From Longimicrobiales bacterium (GTDB taxonomy: Bacteria; Gemmatimonadota; Gemmatimonadetes; Longimicrobiales; Gaopeijiaceae): a stretch of 64,000 nt of DNA. The position numbers and the translations under genes are program-made. Location of the stretch: contig OZ220732.1 of the NCBI GenBank assembly GCA_965116905.1, positions 3,424,001 through 3,488,000 on the forward strand. Direction: 5' to 3'. Numbering within the stretch: position 1 is the first letter of the stretch; every line of letters begins with the position of its first letter. The notes under the pieces are model-generated. The model was not told the DNA's origin, made no database searches, and was given only the letters and a program-made list of their open reading frames with translations. Positions 19,398-30,353 of this stretch are shown here, in pieces.

Positions 19398-19885
19398 GGC
19401 GCTTCACCTGCGGAGGTGGCGCCCGCGAGTCCGCAGCCAGCGTGTCCGCAGCAGGCGACACGCCAAGCGGTGATCACCTGGGCAAAAGTCGCGATCATAT
19501 TATCGTAGTTGGAGATTAAGAACGATTACATAGCGATAGAATATCCCAACTCCAGGAGAGTATCGTGATGGATGGCGTGCTGCAAGCCTGGATGGCGTGC
19601 TGCAAGCCGGGCGAGTCACCAGGTAGGACGGCCTCGACACGGTCCTGCGTGCTTCCGCCACGGCAACGGCAATTCCGGTGCCCCGGCGGAACGCCCGGTC
19701 GTGCCATTCGACCGATATCCTTACGTTTCGAGAAAATCACGAAATAGTGACGCGTAGCGATAATCTCATACTCTATCGCTCGATACAGTGAGATTACCGC
19801 GATTCCATCTTGCCGCACCTTCGAGCGGCAACTACTTTGCGGCGTTGTTGGGTCGTCAGGCAGGATCCTAAGCAGGAGAAGCGGA

Positions 19886-20887
19886 ATGCGGCAGCATTTG
19901 TTGGGATTGGTCGCGCTACTCGTGGTCAACACGGCATTCCTGGTTGCCATACCCCCCAATGCCAGCGCTCAGCGAGTGCGCGTGATCGCAGACGGGACAC
20001 AGGTGCGACTCGCTCCGGATCCGGATGGCCCAGTCGTGGCGACCATTGACGCGGGCTCCATCCTGGAGCAGGTCGTCAGCGATGGACCCTTCGCTGGCGT
20101 GCTCTTCACGACCGTCGGCGATCACGGACCCGGGCCGCGCAGGGCCTCTTTCGTGCAGCCGCAATACGCCGCGGCGGACGCGATGCAATCGTCTGGCAAA
20201 AGGAAGATCTTTGTGGGCCTCGCGCTCGTCGGCACGTCCTGGGCGGCCCTGCAGTTCCTCCCGTTCCTGTCGGTTCCAGACAAGGATGACTATGCGGACA
20301 ACAGTTCCTATCAGGCCGCGCTGAACAGGCGATCCAACGCCGAGACCGGCCAGAGGGTGTTGGCCGGCCTTGGGCTGGCGGTCTCCGCATGGGGAATTGG
20401 TCAGGTCGTCCGTGCCTCGAGGATGAGAGCCGATGTTGAACTGGAAGCGCGTCGCGCAGCGGCGCCAGGCGTGGAACTGCGGTACGCCATCGCGAGGGAG
20501 CGGATCGGCTCGGGAAGGAAGAAGCTCCTGTGGGGCATCGCTCTCGCGGGCGCGTCCTACGCGACAGTCAACTGGGTCCCCTACCTGGCCGCCCCCGACC
20601 CCCGCGACTACAACGATGATGCTTCGTACCAGGTCGCTCTCGACCGGCGGAAGAATGCCGAACGGGTGCGGAACGGGGCCATGGCCTTGAGCGGGGCGCT
20701 GGGCGCATGGGGCATTTACCAGTGGCGCGCTGGCTCCAGCGAGGTGGCTGCCATTGACGCGGAAGTCGGCGCACGGTCGGCCGCGTTGGAACTCCCGCTG
20801 TCGGCCGCCCACTCGGATGTCGCTGTCGGCTTGTTCGCCACTCCGGTCGGGCGGCGGACCGCGATCGGCTTCCAGTTGGTCTGGTAA
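19886..20887 (+). CDS. Exported/membrane protein with SH3b-like start and duplicated TM hairpin
   Basis: AGGAG RBS, signal peptide, VRLAPDPDGPVVATI, two internal repeats. Confidence 0.7.
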   Translation: MRQHLLGLVALLVVNTAFLVAIPPNASAQRVRVIADGTQVRLAPDPDGPVVATIDAGSILEQVVSDGPFAGVLFTTVGDHGPGPRRASFVQPQYAAADAMQSSGKRKIFVGLALVGTSWAALQFLPFLSVPDKDDYADNSSYQAALNRRSNAETGQRVLAGLGLAVSAWGIGQVVRASRMRADVELEARRAAAPGVELRYAIARERIGSGRKKLLWGIALAGASYATVNWVPYLAAPDPRDYNDDASYQVALDRRKNAERVRNGAMALSGALGAWGIYQWRAGSSEVAAIDAEVGARSAALELPLSAAHSDVAVGLFATPVGRRTAIGFQLVW

Positions 20888-20910
20888 CTCCGGTGGACCC
20901 GGATGGGCCG

Positions 20911-23463
<2,553 letters not shown>

Positions 23464-23547
23464 CCCTCATGCAATCACATAGCGGGCCCCGGAGCGGGCT
23501 CCAGAACCGACAGCCGGATTCCAACCCAAGGAGGAGGTGAGTACCAC

Positions 23548-24399
23548 GTGTCCAATCGATTCAACGTGTCCGAGCGATTGAAGGTGTCCAATCGGGTCAT
23601 CGTTCTAGGCGTTTCCTTCTTGGCCGGAGTGCTGTGGGTCGCGCTGCTTACGGTCCTGTTGTCCGGAAACCCCGAGAGTACAGCGGCCGATCTGCTCCTG
23701 GACCGGAATACCCGACTGTTTCCGTATCCGTTCACCATCCAGAACCTGATGTGGATCGTCTTCAGCATGGCGGCCGGGGAGCTTGTCGTCAGGCTCATGG
23801 CAGGGCGGCGCGAGAAAGAGCAGCTTGCGCTGGGACTGTTGCCGGAGGACCACCGGACCGTCTTTCGCCAACGGGACATCGGGCCCGTCTACCGGCGTGT
23901 GAGCGAGTCTGACCCCGACGGGCAGTTCTGGTTGCAACGCCTGCTTTCCGGCTCTCTGCTCCAATACCAGAGCACCGGTTCGATCGAGCAGGTCAGCACC
24001 ATGCTGAACATGTCACTGGAACTTTGCCAGAACGAGATAGAGCTGCGATACAACATGCTTCGCTACTACGTCTGGCTCATCCCCACACTCGGATTCGTCG
24101 GCACGGTCATGGGGATCGCTTTCGCGTTGCGGACGGCTGGCACCGTGTTTGCCGGTGCCGACCCGACATCCGATATGGTGTCGATAGGACCAACCATGAT
24201 GGAGGGCATGACGGCCGACCTGGGAGTCGCGTTCTATACGACGCTGCTCGCCTTGCTGCAGTCCGCCGTGCTGATGTTCGCCCTGCACCTGATGCATGAG
24301 CGCGAGGAGCGGGCTCTCAACCGCGTTGGCCAGTACTGCCTGAAGAACCTGGTCAACCGCCTCTACGAACCAAACGCCGGACATGAACAGAAGGCCTGA
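23548..24399 (+). CDS. MotA/TolQ/ExbB proton-channel family protein
   Basis: WLIPTLGFVGTVMGI and LGVAFYTTLLAL TM motifs; GGAGG RBS. Confidence 0.85.
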   Translation: MSNRFNVSERLKVSNRVIVLGVSFLAGVLWVALLTVLLSGNPESTAADLLLDRNTRLFPYPFTIQNLMWIVFSMAAGELVVRLMAGRREKEQLALGLLPEDHRTVFRQRDIGPVYRRVSESDPDGQFWLQRLLSGSLLQYQSTGSIEQVSTMLNMSLELCQNEIELRYNMLRYYVWLIPTLGFVGTVMGIAFALRTAGTVFAGADPTSDMVSIGPTMMEGMTADLGVAFYTTLLALLQSAVLMFALHLMHEREERALNRVGQYCLKNLVNRLYEPNAGHEQKA

Positions 24400-24426
24400 C
24401 CGGGCAACCCACAACGAACACGGAGG

Positions 24427-24936
24427 ATGACAGACATGCCGTTGCGACGAGACGACGAAGGGAAGGTAGTTTTCGAACAGACCAAGGCGAACCCGGCCAA
24501 GAAGAAGGGCGGAAGCGCGCCGAGCGACCAGGCCACGGTGCTGCGGCGGAGTGCGGGGGAAACGATCAAGGGCGCCATGGGCGATCCGCCGGTGGGATGG
24601 CTCGTGATCGTGGGCGGCCCCGGGAAAGGCAGTTTCGTAAAGCTCGGTGTCGGCGCGAACGCCATCGGACGGAAGAACAGTGACGAGAACCGGGTGGTGC
24701 TGGACTACGGGGACAAGACGATCTCGCGCGTGCGGCATTGCGTCGTCGCGTACGACCAGGAAAACCGGAAGTTCTTCCTCCAGCACGACAGGGGAACTCA
24801 TCTCGTGTACATCGGCAGCGAGCCCGTCCTTTCGGTTCAGGAGCTGAAACCCGGCATGCACATTCGAATCGGACGGACGGACCTGCGTTTTGTGCCGGTG
24901 TGCGGGCCCGATTTCGATTGGGACGGGGACGGCTGA
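24427..24936 (+). CDS. FHA domain protein
   Basis: VGWLV...IGR...ISRVRH; GGAGG RBS. Confidence 0.85.
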   Translation: MTDMPLRRDDEGKVVFEQTKANPAKKKGGSAPSDQATVLRRSAGETIKGAMGDPPVGWLVIVGGPGKGSFVKLGVGANAIGRKNSDENRVVLDYGDKTISRVRHCVVAYDQENRKFFLQHDRGTHLVYIGSEPVLSVQELKPGMHIRIGRTDLRFVPVCGPDFDWDGDG

Positions 24937-24940
24937 AGCC

Positions 24941-25771
24941 ATGGCAAGCCGGGACAATCCCAGGCGCTACGGCGATCGGGTTGCGGGAGGTCAGATCATC
25001 GGTGCTCGGAAGCGCCAGGAGGATGACTTTCACGTGGTCAGGTTGATCGACGACGGAGATCAGTGTGCGCATCTCATGATACTGGCGGACGGGATGGGCG
25101 GGCATCCTGGTGGTGTGGAAGCCAGCGGCGTCGCGGTCTCGGCCTTCGCCGACGCATTCAAGGCGGCGAAGTGGGAAGGAACGGCCGAGCGTCTACGCGC
25201 TTCTCTCGATGCGGCCGATGCGGCCGTCGCTCAGCATTCGGACCAGCATGACGGCTATTCCGGGATGGGTTGCACACTTGTGGCCTGTGTCGTGATGAAA
25301 GACGGGACAGCGCTATGGACCAGCGTGGGAGATTCACTGCTGTTCCACTTGCCCGCCGGTCGTAGCCGCACCGTAACTCGTCTCAATGAAGATCATTCGA
25401 TGCGGCCAGTGCTGGAGGACATGGTCCGCCTGGGCCGCATGACGCCCGAGGAGGCCGAACACGGCCCGGTCAACCAGTTGCGCTCTGCGTTGACGGGCGA
25501 GGGTCTGACGCTCGTCGACGAAGGGGCGGAAGCGGTCGAGCTGAAGGCCGATGACTGGCTCATCGTGGCTAGCGATGGGCTGAACACGCTGCAGGCGGAC
25601 GAATTACGGCAGCTCTGCGACGAACACCGAACTCCCTACACCGTGGTTTCCGAGCTATTGATGGCTGTCACGGAGCGGGCCAGGACCGCGCAGGACAACA
25701 CCACCGTCATTGCCTATCGGCACTCGCGCGGTTCGTCGAGGTCCCTGTGGCAGCGCCTCTTCAGCCGATAG
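24941..25771 (+). CDS. PP2C/PPM protein phosphatase
   Basis: RKRQED, LADGMGG, VGDS, SDGL, QDNTT. Confidence 0.92.
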   Translation: MASRDNPRRYGDRVAGGQIIGARKRQEDDFHVVRLIDDGDQCAHLMILADGMGGHPGGVEASGVAVSAFADAFKAAKWEGTAERLRASLDAADAAVAQHSDQHDGYSGMGCTLVACVVMKDGTALWTSVGDSLLFHLPAGRSRTVTRLNEDHSMRPVLEDMVRLGRMTPEEAEHGPVNQLRSALTGEGLTLVDEGAEAVELKADDWLIVASDGLNTLQADELRQLCDEHRTPYTVVSELLMAVTERARTAQDNTTVIAYRHSRGSSRSLWQRLFSR

Positions 25772-25790
25772 CGCCGGCCCTGGTCCGCAA

Positions 25791-26666
25791 CTACAGCAGG
25801 GACAGCAAGAGGTTGACGGTGAGCGAACCGCCGGTGTCCCGCACGAACTGGCCGCCGCCCACGTTGGCGACACGTTCAAGAAACGACTCCACTGTGCCGC
25901 CGCCAACGCCCGTCTCCACATAGACCGTAGAGATCCGGTAGCCGCCCGATCCGGAGAGATTGTTCGCCAGGGCGAAAGTCTGGGTGACGTCCTCCGGGTA
26001 GCCCGGACTGTCGGTGATCAGCACGATCGCTCGCTCTTCCGCCTGTGGGCGCCAGGACATCCCAACGGCTTGGTTCAGCGCCATCAGGAAAGCCTCGGGA
26101 ACGTCGGAGTTCACGCCGCCGCCCCTTCCCACGCCGATCTCGAGCTCGTTCACGAAGTCCCTGAACGCCGCGAGATTGCCGGGCGACCCGCTTATCTCGC
26201 GCAAATCGAATGTCGTGAGGGGTTCTTCAAAGAACCGGTCGCCAAACGCGACAAGACCGATGCCCAGAGTCGGGGACAGACGGCTCAGGACTTCGCTCAG
26301 CTGGCCCACTTCGGACTTCAGGTCTTCGATCTGCTGGCCCATGCTGCTGGTGATATCCAACGCGATGACCAGGTCGAAGTGCGGAAACTGGGTCCTGGCC
26401 AGGTCCTGAGTGGGTTCGGGACATGTCACCGGGGTGACGACCGGACACACCGGGCAGACGACGGGATCGGGGCAGGGCGTCGGCTCCTCGGGCTCCGCGG
26501 GGGGCGGGCAAACGGGGCAGACGACCGGATCCACGGGCGTCGGGGAGGTATTCGGAAAGTACGGGAAGATCACGACCGATATGAGGATGAACGCACCCAG
26601 CGCGGATGCGAACAGGTCCAGCGCCGACATCCCGAAGATGCTGATTTCCCGATTGCGTCGTCTCAT
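25791..26666 (-). CDS. Membrane-anchored vWA protein with ExbD/MotB-like N-terminal TM
   Basis: SALDLFASALGAFILI TM with Asp; CPVCP linker; MIDAS DITSS. Confidence 0.85.
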   Translation of the reverse strand: MRRRNREISIFGMSALDLFASALGAFILISVVIFPYFPNTSPTPVDPVVCPVCPPPAEPEEPTPCPDPVVCPVCPVVTPVTCPEPTQDLARTQFPHFDLVIALDITSSMGQQIEDLKSEVGQLSEVLSRLSPTLGIGLVAFGDRFFEEPLTTFDLREISGSPGNLAAFRDFVNELEIGVGRGGGVNSDVPEAFLMALNQAVGMSWRPQAEERAIVLITDSPGYPEDVTQTFALANNLSGSGGYRISTVYVETGVGGGTVESFLERVANVGGGQFVRDTGGSLTVNLLLSLL

Positions 26667-26754
26667 GTTCTGTCTCCGGTGAACGGATTGTTGTTGCGAA
26701 TAGTCGTCGCGCCCTGGGGGATGCGGACGCGAAGCCGGCTGTGCCGGTTCATGC

Positions 26755-28800
26755 CTATGGACATTTTCTGTTGGTGCCGCTTACGTCGTTGACCGCCTGC
26801 AGCCACGCCGCGAAGGAGGCGTTGTTCGGAACGCACAGGTCGGTGTCGTTGAAGTACAACAGCTCAAGTGAGCCGAGGTTCGTCAGGGACAGGGGCAACG
26901 GGCCGGTCAGGTTGGCGTTGTTGTGCACTTCCAACTGTCGCAGGTTGGTGATATTGCCGAGTTCGGAGGGGATCGGGCCCGTCAGATTGTTGTCATCCAG
27001 TTTTAGGCGCCACAGGTCGAGATTGCCGAGTTCAGAGGGGATCGGGCCCGTCCGGTTGCTGGAGGAGACGATCAGGTCCCATAAGGGTAGATCGCCCAGC
27101 CAGCCGGGGATCGGGCCCGGCGTTAGGTCGTTGCGACTGAGGCATAGGCTCCTTAAGCCCCTGAGGTTACGCAGCCAGCTGGGGAACGGGCCCGTCAGGT
27201 TGTTGTTACAAGCCCAGATGGTTCGCAGGTTTGCGAGGTTGCCGAGTTCGGAAGGGATCGGGCCCGTCAGGTCGTTTGCCTGGAGGTTCAGGTACTCCAG
27301 ATTGGCGAGGTTGCCGAGTTCGGAGGGGATCGGGCCCGTCCGGTTATTGCCCGCTAGGTCCAGGGACTCCATGTTGGTGAGGTTGGCCAGCCATCCGGGG
27401 ATCGGACCCACGGTCAGGCGCCAATTCCAGCCGAGGTCCAGGTGTACCAGGCGAGTGAGTTTGCCGAGTTCGGAAGGGACCGGGCCCGTCAGATCGTTGC
27501 TGTTGAGGTATAGAGTCCGCAGATCGGTGAGATTGCCCAGTTCCGAGGGGATCGGGCCCGTCAGGTCGTTTTGGGTGAAATCTAGCCGTTGCAGGTTGGT
27601 GAGATTGCCGAGACTGGAGGGGATCGAGCCCGCCAAGTTGTTGACTCGGAGGTGTAGTGCGACCACTCGCCCGGCGCGGTCGGTTGTAACCCCGTACCAC
27701 CGGTCGATCCGCACTCCCTCGGCCATCCAGTTCTCGCGGTTCTCCCAGCTTGGGCCCCCGGTGGCGTTGTACAAATCTTCCAGGGGCTTGCGATCCTGGC
27801 TGTACGACTCGGCCTCGACCACCACTTGCAGGGATGAGTCCCGCACCCGCGCCCGGAGCCGCTGTGTGCCCCAGATGTCCCCGAGCGTCCACGCGGTCCG
27901 GGCGAGGCCCTGGCCATCGGTCTTCACCGAGGCGGGGCTCGCCGAGCCGTGACCCTGCGACGCACCCTCAAAGACGATCTCGATTCCTACCAGCGGACGC
28001 CCGCTCTCGTCCGCCACGCTGATCTCCACCGGGTTCGGCAGCTTCGCGCCCACCACCGCCCACTGACCGGCGCCCGAAGCCAGCGAGATCCTCACCTCCC
28101 GCACCCGGACCGCAGCGGTCACGGACTCGGCGCCGACCGAGGCAGTCATCGTCTGCGTGCCGCCCTGGGTGCCCACCGTCCACAGGGTACGGGCGATGCC
28201 CTGGCCATCGGTCGTCGCCGCAGGAGGACTCGCCGAACCCGAGCCCTGAGCGGGTGCGAACCGTACCGTCACGCCGGCGACCGGATCCGGGCCCGCACGG
28301 GCCCGCACCGTCACTTCGACGACGTCCCCCGACAGCACCGTCGCCGGCAGGCTCCCCGCCAGTTCGACGCTCACCGGCAGCACCTGGACCGAGGCGGTCG
28401 CGGACGCGGTGCCGACCGAGGCGGTCAGCGTCTGCGGACCGCCCTGGGTGCCGACCGTCCATTGCGTCCGGGAGTAGCCCTGGCCGTCGGTCGTCGCCGC
28501 GGCCGGACTCGCCGAACCGGAGCCCTGAGCGGGTGTGAACCGCACCGTCGCGCCGGCGACCGGGTCCAGGCCCGCGCCTCCCAGGGCCCGGACTGTCACT
28601 TCGACCGACCGCCCCGGCGGCACCGTCGCTGGCAGGGTCCCCACCAGTTCGATCACGCTCACCGCGTCGTTGGGGTCCCACTCGGGGCTGCTGGGGCCAT
28701 CGCCGCCGCCGCAACCTCCCCACGCCGCCGTAGCGACCGCGACGGCAAGAAGGCCGCCGCGCCCCGGCGACGCGAACGAGAAGCTGGCCGCGCCGGTCAT
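26755..28800 (-). CDS. Lipoprotein with three Big_1/invasin-like Ig repeats and plant-type LRR domain
   Basis: WGGC lipobox-like site; TTDGQGxARTxWT repeats; LYNATGGPSW cap; NxLTGPIPSELGNL repeats. Confidence 0.88.
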   Translation of the reverse strand: MTGAASFSFASPGRGGLLAVAVATAAWGGCGGGDGPSSPEWDPNDAVSVIELVGTLPATVPPGRSVEVTVRALGGAGLDPVAGATVRFTPAQGSGSASPAAATTDGQGYSRTQWTVGTQGGPQTLTASVGTASATASVQVLPVSVELAGSLPATVLSGDVVEVTVRARAGPDPVAGVTVRFAPAQGSGSASPPAATTDGQGIARTLWTVGTQGGTQTMTASVGAESVTAAVRVREVRISLASGAGQWAVVGAKLPNPVEISVADESGRPLVGIEIVFEGASQGHGSASPASVKTDGQGLARTAWTLGDIWGTQRLRARVRDSSLQVVVEAESYSQDRKPLEDLYNATGGPSWENRENWMAEGVRIDRWYGVTTDRAGRVVALHLRVNNLAGSIPSSLGNLTNLQRLDFTQNDLTGPIPSELGNLTDLRTLYLNSNDLTGPVPSELGKLTRLVHLDLGWNWRLTVGPIPGWLANLTNMESLDLAGNNRTGPIPSELGNLANLEYLNLQANDLTGPIPSELGNLANLRTIWACNNNLTGPFPSWLRNLRGLRSLCLSRNDLTPGPIPGWLGDLPLWDLIVSSSNRTGPIPSELGNLDLWRLKLDDNNLTGPIPSELGNITNLRQLEVHNNANLTGPLPLSLTNLGSLELLYFNDTDLCVPNNASFAAWLQAVNDVSGTNRKCP

Positions 28801-28810
28801 GCCTGCGACT

Positions 28811-30142
28811 TCAGCGACGTCGCGTGTACACCAGCAGCACGCCGTTCGTGCCCTGGCGTCCGTACCGGGCTGCGGCATCTATGGGCGGAACAAACTGCAC
28901 GCTGGCGATGTCACTGGGCGAAATCAGAGAGGTCAGAGCGAATTCCGTTGCCAACGGGACATCGTCGATAAACACGGCGACGGCGTTCGCGCAGGGGTCG
29001 CCACCACGCACGGTCCCCGCTGATCGATACGTCAGACAAATGCCTTGCCTGCTCATCGTCGTGGGATCCAACATCTGGCCGATGCGCAGCCCCGGGATCC
29101 GTGCGCTTCGAATGACGCCCTCAAAATCAAACACTCGATAGCGCAGCGAATCCATCGAGGCTTCGGTCAAGCCCAGGTAGCGTGCCGCGCCGCCGGCGCC
29201 CCGTTGACGCTGGCCTGTGGCGACGATCGGCTCCAACTCGATGGCATCCACTGACAACTGGATGTCCAATCCCAGGGCGTCGCCGAGGGCCGTCAACGAA
29301 TCGGTCCGGGTAGTGTACCCAAGTTGCCTCGTCTCGATGATCTGTTGACCCGGCGGCACGTTGGTGAAGCGAAACTCCCCGTTTGGACCCGTAAAGGTGG
29401 CGATCCCCGCGCCAACGAGCGATACCGTTACACCCTCGATGCCGGTGCCCGTGGTGTAGTCCGTCACCGACCCCGCCAATGTCACGGGCGCCGAGATGCG
29501 AATCGGCAGATCATGAGTCTGGGAACCGGACCCGGAAACCTGCACGGGATCGCTGCTGTTCGCCCCGAACATGGCTTGAATCGTGATTCCCTGACCGGAG
29601 TCCAGATTACAGAGCCGATACTCGCCTGACGCCCCTGTGCGGGCTGTGGCGATGACCCTCTGATCCTGCGGAAGCTCCGGGTCGTCGCTCAATGCCTGTA
29701 CGGTGGCGCCCAGAAGGGGACCGCCTCCCATGTCCGCGGCAACGGTCCCTTCAAGGTTCAGGTTCCCGCTGCCCTGTTCACCCAGGCACCAAGTCGCGAG
29801 CATCGTTCGCCGCGAAGGCCCGGCCAGGTACACATCCGTTGTCGAATTGGCCGCGACGCCGATTCGCTGCGGCGTGCCGTTCGCGCTGACGGCCGCAAGC
29901 CGGGGGTGGAAGAACGAAATGACGGCGTCCCCCAAGGGAACGTTGTCGATTTGGAACCGCCCGTCGTCTCCCGTCGTGGTCGTCAACCCCGTACCCATGA
30001 TGTAGACCTGGGCGTCGGGCAGCGGTTCGCCGGCGATGCTGTCGTAGACGAGTCCGATGACGGTCTGTGCGCTTGCGAGGCCGGGTGATCCCAAGCCGTA
30101 GGCGATGGCGAGCGCCAGAATTGCTCTTCCGAGCCTGGTCAT
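28811..30142 (-). CDS. Exported protein with carboxypeptidase-regulatory-like domains and a TonB-plug-like C-terminus
   Basis: Signal peptide; TTGDDGRFQI and TGPNGEFRF; ends AAARYG...NGVLLVYTR with no barrel. Confidence 0.8.
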   Translation of the reverse strand: MTRLGRAILALAIAYGLGSPGLASAQTVIGLVYDSIAGEPLPDAQVYIMGTGLTTTTGDDGRFQIDNVPLGDAVISFFHPRLAAVSANGTPQRIGVAANSTTDVYLAGPSRRTMLATWCLGEQGSGNLNLEGTVAADMGGGPLLGATVQALSDDPELPQDQRVIATARTGASGEYRLCNLDSGQGITIQAMFGANSSDPVQVSGSGSQTHDLPIRISAPVTLAGSVTDYTTGTGIEGVTVSLVGAGIATFTGPNGEFRFTNVPPGQQIIETRQLGYTTRTDSLTALGDALGLDIQLSVDAIELEPIVATGQRQRGAGGAARYLGLTEASMDSLRYRVFDFEGVIRSARIPGLRIGQMLDPTTMSRQGICLTYRSAGTVRGGDPCANAVAVFIDDVPLATEFALTSLISPSDIASVQFVPPIDAAARYGRQGTNGVLLVYTRRR

Positions 30143-30353
30143 GATTCCCTCACTTGGTAGAGAGTAGCGTCCTACATTTGGGTCATTCACTTGCGCGCAG
30201 CATTATCCCGTCAGATTAGGGGTCCGCAACCGCTCAACGCAAGATCGGATTATCACTGTGATCTGCCCTAGAACGATAGTTGCCTGATCACTGAACACAT
30301 ACGCATGATAGTATCACGACTCCATTCGACTCTGGCTCCTCTTGCGGGGGTCG

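Noticed and set aside
19569..19608. 20-bp tandem duplicate TGGATGGCGTGCTGCAAGCC x2
   Set aside because: No spacers or cas genes; no function supportable
23548..23600. 18-bp triplication at start of the MotA-like gene
   Set aside because: Short degenerate coding repeat; only affects start choice
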